From Lama guanicoe (taxonomy: Eukaryota), in contig MU053557.1 in the NCBI GenBank assembly GCA_013239625.1, positions 6,087,842 through 6,151,841 of the forward strand: DNA of 64,000 nucleotides, given 5' to 3'. Numbering within the stretch: position 1 is the first letter of the stretch; each line of letters starts with the position of its first letter. Made by a program: the position numbers and the translations under genes. The notes beneath the pieces were generated by a model. The model searched no databases and was not told where the DNA came from. It saw nothing but the letters and a program-made list of their open reading frames with translations. Shown here piece by piece: positions 1-10,900 of this stretch.

Positions 1-1519
1 TTTACGGAATTTCTCAAGACACAGCCGGCGTAGGTGTCGCTAACACCGAGCCCATAGAGGGGCCAGGCACGGTGCTAAACTTCATAGAAAGTATCTCATT
101 AAAGCCTTCCAACAACCTAGTAGGCCAATACGATTATAACCCTCATTTCAGGCTCAGCGTGTGGTGGTAAGGAGCTGGTGGGTGAGTGTGTGGGGGTCTC
201 ACTATTCGAGTTTGTCCTGAGTGAATGAATGGGGGGCAGGGAGACTGGGGGGTGTAAGGGACTGGACGAAGGAACAACTTCCAGGTGCTGAGGTGGGAGT
301 TCCAATTTGCCAAGTGCATTTATAGCCATGATTTCATTCGGTGTCACCACAGTGATCTAATGATGGGGGTCATTAAGGAAAATAGTGAGATGAGTCAAGC
401 TTTAATTCCCTTAAAGTGGCGACCCTTGGGTCAAGGGCGCCCAGGGCCTATTAACCCATCCTGCAGCCTTGAGCAAGTCTGCAGGGGGTGGACGCAGACA
501 GAATGCATGCTGGCTGTGGCTTCTCTTGGCCCAGCTCTTAAGGATTGCCAAATTCCTAGCAGCCACTCCTCCCAGGCTGGGAACTCTTGGCCAGACACCC
601 CCTGTTCTCCTAGCCTGCCCATCCCAGGAGATAAACTAAGTGGCAGAGGACCCAGTTTCCTGGGGTTAATAAACAGGCTGTTTATAGCCAGAAGCAGTCA
701 TGGGGCAGGAACACACAGGCTGGGAGGTCACGCTCCTTCTGAATGTTGAGGTTTCTCATAAACATTCCCCCAAGGAGCCTTCTGGGACACAGGCACAACT
801 CTGGGCCGGGCCCCCGCCCCTCGTGTCCTCCTCTTTTCTCCCCACTCTCCTCTTTCCTTTCTCCTGTCGCTCCTTTCTTTTCTTCTATAATGGAAAGAGG
901 AGACATTTCCACAGTAGACACACTTGATAACTTCGGGCAGGTAATCCATGCCTCTGAGTCCCAGCTCCCTCCCTTGTAATACAGGGTAATGACAGGGCCC
1001 TCCCTGCAGGGTGTATAGGAAGGTGCATATTTAAAACGTTGTTGTCTTTCCCTGTACCCGCTCCACTCCATCCCTTGTCCCTAATCCTGGCCCTGCCCTT
1101 TTCCGTTTCTGTTTTTCTGCTCCAGTCCTGCCCCCACCTCCAGCCCGGGCACTTCCACCCCGTCTGACTGTGCTTCTGCTGCCTGAAAGGGTGGGACGGG
1201 CAGCCAGGCTTAGCTCTGAGGAGGGCTGACCACTGCGGGGCCCGCCCAGCCAGCCCAGCCCTGGCACTAACCCATAAGGCCACACCCTCGTCTCTCTGCT
1301 TTTAGTAAAACAAAAAAATTCTCACAGGATTTGGGGGTGGAGGGAGGAAATAGAAAGGGAGAGGCCAAGATATTTTACCCTTTGGCTCATTTTTGCCCTC
1401 AGTATGACTCTTCTGGTGGCTTAACGGCTGGAGATCATTGTGTACATTGCTGTGTGACTTTGGGCATGTCCCCTTCACTCTCTGAACTCAGTACAGTGTG
1501 GGATAGACGTGGAGAGTGC

Positions 1520-1732
1520 GGGCCCTGGAGCCAGGTTGTCTGAGATGGAACTCCATCTCCACCACTTACTAGCTTGGGTTACTAACCATTCTATACCCTA
1601 GTTTCCTCCATTTTAATATGGAATTTATATGTATTTTACAGGGCTGTTATGAGGATTAAATAAATTTGTCTGTTAAAACACTTAGAGCAGAGCCTAGCCC
1701 ATACAAGGCACTCGGTTCATCTTAGCTATTAT
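1520..1732 (+). mobile_element. MIR SINE (one of many in the window)
   Basis: ccacttactagc...cagggctgttatgaggattaaat...aaaacacttagagcagagcct. Confidence 0.7.
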
Positions 1733-2600
1733 ATGTCAATGGAGAGGCAGAGCAGGGGTCTGTGTGCACGTGGGAGAGCTGGACATCCTCTCAGGGTACC
1801 CCAGAGTCCTGAAACCCCACATTCCTCCTCTTTGCTGACCTCTGGTCAGAGGTCGGAATCTTGTACACAAAGTACTTGGCTGTCCCAGAGAGACCGCAGG
1901 AAACTAGTCAAAAGGCTTTCCAAGTCAGATGGAACCCTTAGAGGTTAACTGGTCCAATTTCTCCCGGTGCAGAAAGGGCAGGAAGGACCAGAGAGACCGC
2001 AAGGACTTGTCTGAGATCACAGAGCTGGGAGGGGTTGTGGAATTCCAGGTGGCGATACGCAGGGCAGGGAGGGATTCGAGGGGGCAATGGGATAGTTGGA
2101 CGCTAAGGATCAGAGCCCCAGGCTCTGGGGCTTGAGGATGCTGGGTTCAAGCACCCACTGCACGGCTAAGGTACTTGGGGTCATCACTGGTACCACCAAC
2201 AATAACAACCACGTAATGAGGAGGGAATATATCCCACGTGGGCGGCACCAAATGTTTTCCCATGTGTTCTCTGAGTCCACACAAAATCTCCACTTTACAA
2301 ATGAGGAAAGATGCCTTGCCCAAGAAGGGGCCAGATCTAGGGTATAAATACAGGTTTCCCTGATGCCAAAGCCAGCTAGACGCTTCCCAGTGCCTAATAG
2401 CCCCCAGAACAAGGATCATTCCCCCCGTCTGACTGAGCTGGTGGCCAAGCAGATCATAGCCATGGATGAGCCTGGACTTCCAGCCGTCTCTCTGACCCTG
2501 TCTACCCGGACCCACAAGCCACTGTGAGAGACCAGACCCTGTGCAAGAGAGCAGGCCCTTTCCTTCAGGGGCCCTGCCTCGATGCTGTCTGTCCCCACTC

Positions 2601-2982
2601 TTTTTTTTTTTTTTCACGACTTTGAAAGATTGTAATACATTCTCTGGAAAACATTAAGCAGTACAAAAGTCCACCCTGGGCCCTCCCATCCTCTCACAGG
2701 TCCACAGGTGGTGGGATGATCCAGAAATCCTGGAGCCCTGGAAAGGCCCCTGGTCAGTCCTTGGGGACAATGGGCAGCTATAGAAGAAGACCCTGCTTGA
2801 GTGCAGTATTTGATGTCTGGGGGATTCTCAGGGGAAGGCCACTTCAAACTCAAAAATGAGGTCCCCACATTTCTTGGGCATTTGGGGGAGGGGGAGCCCT
2901 TCTCCAGGCACTTTTTGCTGCATGCCAGGCCTGATGATAGCTTTGACCATGACGGGGATGGTCCTGCTGGCTAGAGTTGGGG
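2601..2982 (-). pseudogene. DNAJB1: 5'-truncated processed pseudogene of DNAJB1 (Hsp40): C-terminal CDS, 3'UTR and poly(A)
   Basis: PTLASRTIPVMVKAIIRPGMQQKVPGEGLPLPQMPKKCGDLIFEFEVAFP resembles the DNAJB1 C-terminus; after a frameshift it continues IPQTSNTALKQGLLL* (TAG 2780..2778); A14 tail at 2601..2614. Confidence 0.88.
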
Positions 2983-3703
2983 TAGATGCAGAGGCTGGTT
3001 TTGGAAAAGGCAAGGAAGTAGGTAGTGCTTAGAGCCTGGGGTGAAGCTTAAGGACCTGACTTGCCCACAATTCATCCAGGGCCTTGACTTGGGAGGACCA
3101 GGAACAGATGGAAAGTGGGAGGAAAAGCAGGGGATGGGTGACCTGAAAAAGAACTTCTACCTCTCAAAAGCATAAGCTTTATAGTTGATATGAATTTGTC
3201 CATTTAATGTGGTGTAAGAAACTTGGGAGCAGGGCTGACAGCTGTGGGGACGTCTGTCAATGGAGTCTAAGGACCACACTTGGAGCAGTGAGGAGCTAGA
3301 TCATCCCCAACGACCCCTGTGGTCTGATAGTCCCTGTGAGGTTGAGAGCCCAAAGCCTGAGATGTAGGACAGGACCTGATTCTGACTAGATGCCCTAAAA
3401 TATTTTGGAGTTCAGTGTTTGGCCAGGTTATTTCCTGTGGACCACAGAGCCTTAAGGAAAAGGAAGTTGATGCCCAGATCTCTTTCAGGCTTTCAGCTTC
3501 AGGATCCGCTCACCTTGATCCTTCTCCATAGCCCGTCTCTCATCCTCACCTGCACCTCACTTCCTGAAGAGATGAATCTTTCTGAGTGGCACCCCTCCCT
3601 GCCTAAGGATGGTGGGGAGGGGCAGGGCTTGTCTCTAAATAAAGGCAAAGTACAAGGATTTAGGGACTCTCCCAAATCTGTGTCTCCCCCTCTTGTTTTT
3701 ATC

Positions 3704-3900
3704 TCATTCATTCATTCATTTACTCGTTCATTCGTTTGTTCTTAAACAACGATTTATTAAATACCCTCTGTGTGTGCCTGGTACTCTGGTAGGGCTGGAG
3801 TTACAGCAGAGAATAAGACATGGTCTCTGATGTTATGCTGTTTACATTCTAGGTGGGAGGAGAATGGGAGTGACCACTGTAGGTAGATAAATGAATGAGA
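3704..3900 (-). mobile_element. LINE-2 3' end
   Basis: (ATTC)n tail followed by the typical L2 terminal segment. Confidence 0.65.
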
Positions 3901-4933
3901 GCATTTAAAATTGTGAAAAGTAATAAAAGAATAACAAAACGATTCTATATAGAATGTTGGGTGAATGTTGGCTATTACTCTTATCATCCAAAAGTTTGGC
4001 CTTTGAGATGAACTTATCCAACTCCTCACTCCACAGATGAGGAAACTGAGGCCCAGAGTTGGCAAGGCATTGGTTTCGAAGGCAAAGTTTCTAGCCATCT
4101 CTCCTCCTGATGGACCCCCTGTCTGCTGGCTGGCTCTGAGGCTGGATCTGCCAATTATTTAGGAAACCAGTAGCTTCAGAGCTCCATCTGGGTTCTGCAA
4201 TCTCTTCTTGATTGTGAAACAGGAGCATGGTTTGAGGTTGGCACTGAAGTGATGGGGGCTGGGCCTCCATTCCGCTGTCCTCACCGGGGCCCATCAGTTG
4301 GACTGGCTGGCCCCCAGCACTGAGTCCAGCGCTTACTCAGCAATGACAGGGCTAGCGTCCATTGTTTGGGCTTTTTACAGATCTTATTTATTAACTCATG
4401 TTCCCTCTTCCTTGAAGACACCGAGCATCAGCACTTTAAGAAAAAAATCTCCTTCTAAGTCATCTGTACTCCCCATTCACCCACCAAGCAGGCAAGTAGC
4501 GAGCTCCTTGTGTGTCTAGAAAAGAGTGAAGAGGTCCTGGGTGCCCACTCATCTGGGAGGCAGTAGGGCACATTCTCAGGCTGGAAACAAAACTGGCTTC
4601 TGATTCCTTTACAGCATCTGTCTCCACCCTTCCTTTCCTGAAACCCAGTGCAAATCATCCTCTGACCCTGACAAACCACTCAGCATAGCTGATGTGTCGC
4701 AAATCTTGTCAGCAGCTGGAATCAGACCAGTTTCATGGGCTCAAGCCTGTTAGCACTTGCTGACCTGAAGCCCTGCTTATTCTGTTTGCCAAATAGTGTT
4801 TTATTTGATCTTTGCTTATTTAATAGTTAGAGCATCTACTGTGTATTAAACCCCATGCAAAGTGGTGAGAATGAAGCCTTTTTGGCCCTTATGTTTTAGT
4901 GTAGAAAAGGGACAAACAAGAAATGATGGTAGA

Positions 4934-5059
4934 GGGGGAGGGTAGAGCTCAAGTGGTAGAGCGCATGTTTAGCATGCATGAAGTCCTGGGTTCAAGCCCC
5001 AGTACTTCCCCCAAGGATAAATAAATAAACCTAATTACCTCCCCCACCAAAAAAGAAAA
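4934..5059 (+). mobile_element. tRNA-derived SINE (Vic-1-like), inserted in an L2
   Basis: Box A AGCTCAAGTGG, box B GGTTCAAGCC, A-rich tail, TSD AAGAAATGATGGTA at 4918..4931 and 5060..5073. Confidence 0.88.
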
Positions 5060-5859
5060 AAGAAATGATGGTAAAGTACAGCAAAGTGTTGATGTAGAAA
5101 ATGTCGAATACTCTAGGAACTAGAATAAAGCAAAAGGACCTGAGCAAAACTCTTCCCTTAAAAAGTGACATTTACATGGAGACCTGAGAAAGGTAGGAGA
5201 GAACCAGTAAAAGAGAGGGAACGTGGGGAGCTCCAGGCAGAGGCAACAACACAGAAAAGACCTGGAGGTAAGAGGCAACCGCATGTTGGAAGAACTGAGG
5301 AAAAGTCCAGTACAGCTGGGGTAGAGAGAAGAAAAGTGTGGCAAAAGATGAAGAAGCAGCTGGATTTGGAGGATACTGTCTGAAGCGCTAAGGAATTTGG
5401 ACTTCAACCTGAGGGCAAGAGGAATCAGCCTGGTGAAGAACAACATCTTTCAAAACATAGGCTTCCTGGGAACACATCAACCAAGGGCGCTAAAAAGGCT
5501 GATGGTGAAAAGACAGGCAAGCACTGTTTTTATCCTTGTCTTCATGATCTTTGTACTGAGGCTCAGACCTCCTCTGAAAGCAGCCCGTAGCATGAAGGCC
5601 CAGCCCCATGCTGCACCGTGCTCCCCCAGCCTCCCACCCCGCTGTCCACGGAGCCAGTACTCCTGAGTCTGGTGTGGCACTGGCCTCCTTAGACCCTTGG
5701 CTCTGTGGAGCCACAGAGACCACCACGGAGAGACTGTCAAAGACCCTTGTTTAACAGGTGGACCAACTGAGACCCAGAGAAGGAAAGTAATTTGTCTGTG
5801 CCCCACAGCAAGCCTCGGGCTCTGGCTCCTTCTTGTCACCCCCCAGAGAAAATGAACAC

Positions 5860-5969
5860 CAGGGCTGGGACTAGGGTGGGGCAAGTCAGGCACATGGGGT
5901 GCAAAATTTGAGGAGGCGCTCACCCTCAGGTGCCAGCTCTGCCCTCGCCTCACCCTAGCCCTGGCTCTG
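5860..5969. mobile_element. Non-autonomous DNA transposon (MER96-like MITE)
   Basis: 26-bp imperfect terminal inverted repeats (20/26), CAG ends, degenerate 8-bp flanks atgaacac/ctggacat. Confidence 0.7.
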
Positions 5970-7329
5970 CTGGACATCCTTCAAGGGCAGGGATTGTTAC
6001 TGCCGGAAAACGCTTTGACATCTCTCATGGTGATGACATGATGTTCAGTCACTATTTTGAGGGTCACTAGATGCCTACTGATGCTAATGAATAATGGATT
6101 CCTGACAAACTGATATGCATACAGGTGTTTGTATCTTTTGGTAAATATGACCTTCAAATGACAACAAAATAAAGTCAAGAGGGCCCAAGAATGGAGACCA
6201 GAGACCTGGATTCTAGTCTCCTCTCTGCCACTGATTTGCTTTGGGAACTTGGGTGAATTGTTCCCCATCTCTAGGCTTCAGTGAAATGGAGTGGTTGAAT
6301 GAATAATATTTATTGAGCACATATTCTGTGTCAGCCACTATTCAAATATTTCCAAGTTTTAACTCATTTAAAGAATTCCTGGCCTTCAAGACTCCCTTTA
6401 CTTCAACGGGCTGTGGTTTGAGGTAAGGGAGGCATCACAGAGAATGTGGGACTTGAGAGAGAACTTACAAATTCCCACGGAGACAATACTCCCTTAAATC
6501 ATAGTAAAAGCATGTTATCTCAAGGTCACTTCTTTATCAGAAGACAGAGAATCACCTTTGGAACATGTCTGAAGACAGACAAGAGATTCTAATGCAGTGA
6601 TTCTGAACGGGGCCTGGGAATCTGTATGAAAAGCTTCTCAGGTGACTCTGATGGTCAGATTTGGGAAGCAATGATCCCAGCGCGTTCCCCTGTCTGTGGA
6701 CAGAAACTTGCATAGACAGCCCAGACCTAGAGCTGCCTTACTTGATCATCAGCATCTCCAGGCAGAGAAATGAATTCATTGGTTGACTAATGCTGCAAAT
6801 ATTAAGCACCTGTTGTGTTCTAGGCCCTGTGCCAGCTGGTGATTATGGTCCCTACTCCCAGAGGTTTCCTGGTCTAGGTCTGACACTTATTTTAGAAGGA
6901 AGTCATCAAGCCAGAACAAGAAGGGCCTTAGAGATCAACCAACGCCATCATTACACAGTGAGGGAAAGTGAGGCCCAGAGAGGGGGAGCAACATGTTCAA
7001 GACTACACAGGGAGCAAATGTATTTTCTGCTCCAAAACCAGGAGTCCCAGTGTTCTTCCCCGGGCGAGGCTGCACCCAAAGTCCCAGGGCACTTACTCTT
7101 CGCTTCTTAAGCACTAAACCTACCTAGAGTAAATTTTCCTGGAAGTCTCACTTCAAATCTTGCTGACACTTTAAGTCCTCAGCATCCCTTCAACCAGAAT
7201 GGAGGCGGGAGGGAGCAGGGAACCCCATGGGGTGGGTGTTCCATCAGTTTTCTTGGTTTAAAGCTCTTTCCCTGGCTGTGCTGGAGGACATTGTGCCAGC
7301 CTCTCCCTGCACTTTATAGAGTCGAAGGA

Positions 7330-7930
7330 AGAGGGGGCCGCCTCACGGGTTCATTGGGACCTGGCTCCCATCTCTCTTCCCAGACTTGCTTATGTCACCG
7401 CAGCTCAGGGGCTGGGGAGGGGCAGAAGCGGAGGGTAAGTAGTGCCCGCCCCTGAAATGCCAGCCGCCCTGCGATTGGCTACAAGGACTCGGGCCCGGCC
7501 GCGGATTGGTCATCGCTGAGGGCTTGAAAGGTGGCTGAGAACGGCCGACACCTCAGACGGACGGTGACCTGGGATCAGACAGCGTCTCCGGCGAGCCCGA
7601 GACGCGCCCCCAGCCCGCCATGGCCCGGCTCTTCCGGGCATCCTGCCTTCTCTCCCTGCTCCTGGCCGGCTTCGTCCCGCCGAGCCGGGGACAGGAGAAG
7701 TTGAAGGTGAGTGAGCCTTGGGGTGGGGGACTGGTGAACTAACCTAGCCCGCAGGTGTCCATCTCTCAGTGAGTGGCCAGGCACCCCTCTTCCCGGGCTC
7801 CCCTCCAGAAGGGTGACACCTAGGTGCGTGAGACGCCTTTAATTCCCGTTGCCTCCCTCTGTGGCGCACCCGGACCTTCCTCAGACTCTTCGTATTTCCA
7901 TCTGTCGGAGACCTGGGTGTGCCGGGTGGG
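7330..7930 (+). promoter_or_regulatory. GPX3 CpG-rich promoter/first exon
   Basis: CpG-dense; GC box CCCGCCCC 7445..7452; inverted CCAAT boxes (ATTGG) 7474..7478 and 7505..7509; no canonical TATA. Confidence 0.8.
7620..7706 (+). CDS. GPX3: GPX3 coding exon 1 (signal peptide)
   Basis: Kozak [36 protein letters not shown]; donor AAG|GTGAGT. Confidence 0.97.
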
Positions 7931-10900
7931 CAGAATGAATTGGGGAGGAAGGTCCTTCTCCCCCGAGTTCACGCTTTCTTCCCCACAGCTACCTCAGGGT
8001 CGCCTTTCTGCATCCACGCCACCGTCTGTTTCTGGATACTCCCGTCCAGTGGGGCCTGAAGGGGGTGGGGGCACAGAAAAAGGCCTGCAGACTCCAGGTC
8101 TGGGTTGGCTGCGGAGGTTTCCATGGGGACTGGCAGGCAAGATGCAAGGGAAGGACAACGCAGCTGAGTGGTCCTCGTCTAACCGAAGCAGAAATACGGG
8201 TGGAAATGCCCACTTGGATTCTGGGACACTGGCAGGAGAGGCAGAGGTCTGTGACAGAAAGAGCTCTGAGCTGGCAGCGCAGAACACCCACGATGCTCAC
8301 TAGTTCCCTAAGCCTGTCTGAGTGTCAGTTCCCCCATCTGCAGGGGGTGGGAGGACAGGACACAATGCAGCTGATGATGGCAGAGGGGATGCACAGAGAA
8401 GCAGCAAAACCCAGATGCCGTTCTCAGAAGGCTTTCCTGTTTGGGGGCAGCCTCCCGACCCACCACCCACTGCCCATATTGGCCTGAGCACACCTGGTAG
8501 TTATGGAAAGTGGGGGCTGACAGCTCAATAGGAGGGGCAGAGTTCTCCTGAGCCCTAGTCTCCCTCCAGCAGAGTGTGTGCCCCTGAGCTAGAGCGGGTA
8601 TACTGAGCCAGGAGCAGGGGTGACCCAGCATGCTGATCTCCTGGACAAATATGCCAAGGTGGGCCATGCAGGCTTCTCCTCTTCCCCAGGTGGGGAGGCA
8701 GAAGCCAGGCACAGAATACACCCAAAGAGAGAGATTTTTGTCTCCAGCTTCCCAACACACACATGCACATGCACCACGCTTATATTAGCTCAAGAAGCAG
8801 CTTTGAGTTTTGTGTTTCTCAAATCTTCCAGGTCCTCATTCTAAGATCTTGGACTCCATGATTTTGTTTCCAAATCCTATCTACTGCACAGGAAACCCAT
8901 TCCAAATGCAAGGTTCCTTCTGTCTGTTTCTATCCTCCATCCTGTCCTCAGCCTAAATTCCATTCAGTCTGCCCCTCCTTGAAGTCAGCCTAGAGACTGG
9001 ATGGTTATGAGGCCACTTCCTTCAAGCCTCTGGCTTTGTATCCAGTCCTGTTCATTATTTCCAACTCAGAAGGCATCTTCCAGCTCAGGGATGGCAGTGA
9101 GTTTCAAGAAGTAGGGGTAGACCATAGGCAGGCCAGTTATCGTGGAGTCAGTCCTGTAACCTCAGTTTTGGGAGATGTGGAGAAGGGAAGATTGGGCCCT
9201 GCTTCAAAAAGGCTGGCGGTAAGAACATGGATCCCATGAATAACTCATCATCATTGTGTGTTCTCTATAGAACTCTGGGGAGGAACAGATGGATTCAGAG
9301 AAAACAGAATGGGTATAGTCTAGAAAAGACTTAGAGTGAGGTATGATCCTATCAGTTGCAACCAGTAGGACCTGCTAGCTAATGTCAGCCTGGGCATGCC
9401 CATGTCTCCTCTCAGGTCCTCAGAGAGTCGAAATGTCATAGCCCTGGGTTCTAGGACTCAACCCCTTATCCCCAACTCCAGCAACATGGGGTGGGGCAAG
9501 GGGCAGGTGGAGAATGGGATGGACAAAGGGTAACAGCCCCAGAGGGATGTTTGTCTCCTCTCAATTCAAAGGGAGGGGCTGGGAGACAAAAGGAATCCTT
9601 TCCTTGCTGCGTCTGCTCTCCAGTCCAGCTTAAGGCTGCCCGGCCTCCCTGTCCTTCCTCTACAAAAGGACTTTGCGGAGGCTAGAGAGAGTAACAACTG
9701 CTGACGTGCGTGGGATCCTAGTAACTGCTGGTTTCTAGGTGACTAAACCAGGCAGAGAGAATCATGGAACCACAGGCTGACAGTCAGCTGAGGAGCCCTT
9801 AAGACAGCACTGAATCTGACGCCATCTCACAGTGGAGGAAACAGAGCCCCAAAGAGGGCACAGGAGTGGTCACACAGGATCAGAGACCCAGAACTCAGGG
9901 CTCCTGCCCCCAGTCTAGCTCTCCTTTCACACCTTCACGTTGATGGGAGTGGTAGGGTGGGTGAGGAGAAAGAGACAGGACCAGCAACTCAAGCCGGGGT
10001 CCTGGCTGGGTCCCCACTCCCACTTTTAAGCCATCAGAACTCACCTATCTTGTCCAATTGTGGGAGGACTGAGGCACCCTCACTACCTGTCCCTTCCTCC
10101 CCCTCTGGCCTCCTGGTTAAGGTGCAACGGCTCTGGGACTCCATGGGCCCAGGAGAGGGAAGCGGACTCCCATAAGGACTGGGCTGCACGCTCGGTGGTG
10201 AACGCAGGCCATGGCTTCCCCCACCTTGGGTACCCTCTGACCCACCCCGGTCTGAACTCACAGCACTGGCCCCAGTAGAAAGTGTGGAGGCTTTGTCACA
10301 CATCTCCTCCTGGAGACACCCTGCCCAGAGCATCATCGTCTTCATACTGGCTGAGGAACATCAAAGAGGATCACCTCTCCTCTTCACAACAAGGTAGGGA
10401 CGTCAGGACCCTTTACCCTGGCCTCAGGCAGAATCCTCACTATCCCTTAATGGGGGGATTTGTTTCCAGGAGGCTTTCAAGACAGTTTTGATCTGTTAGC
10501 AAATTCTCACAGCCATTTTGGGAGGCAGGTGATATTATCCTCACCTGTCAGCAGATGGAGGCGCAGAGAATGACTGCCCAGGGCCACACAGCCAGCAGAG
10601 GCTCAAATCTAATGAGAGGAGATTCCCCTGACCCTCCACCCCCGCCACTACCCCCGAAACTGCTCAGAAGCTGATCGTCCTGCTGTTTACAAGCTTCCGA
10701 GCTCCCATTACTTGAGCAACCTCTTGGCTTTTTTCTCCCCATTTCACAGTTTTCGGGTGAGGCAGAGTGGAGGGGGTGGAGAGGCACGCAAAAGGCCTTG
10801 CTTTCTGGCTGCTAGACGTCTGTGGCCAGCTGGGGTGTGTTGGTTGTGTCCCGGCTGTTTGTATGTGGAGGTGGAACTGACCCCTGCCGCCAGGGCCAAG

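Noticed and set aside
2574..2997. Weak inverted similarity between the two flanks of the DNAJB1 retrocopy
   Set aside because: Short and gapped, and partly explained by DNAJB1 coding sequence; cannot be told from chance
2828..3013. Functional 61-aa DnaJ-like ORF
   Set aside because: No ATG start, no J domain, frameshifted before the true stop, and poly(A)-tailed
4934..5010. tRNA gene
   Set aside because: It has Pol III boxes, but also an A-rich tail, TSDs and two diverged sibling copies, so it is a SINE
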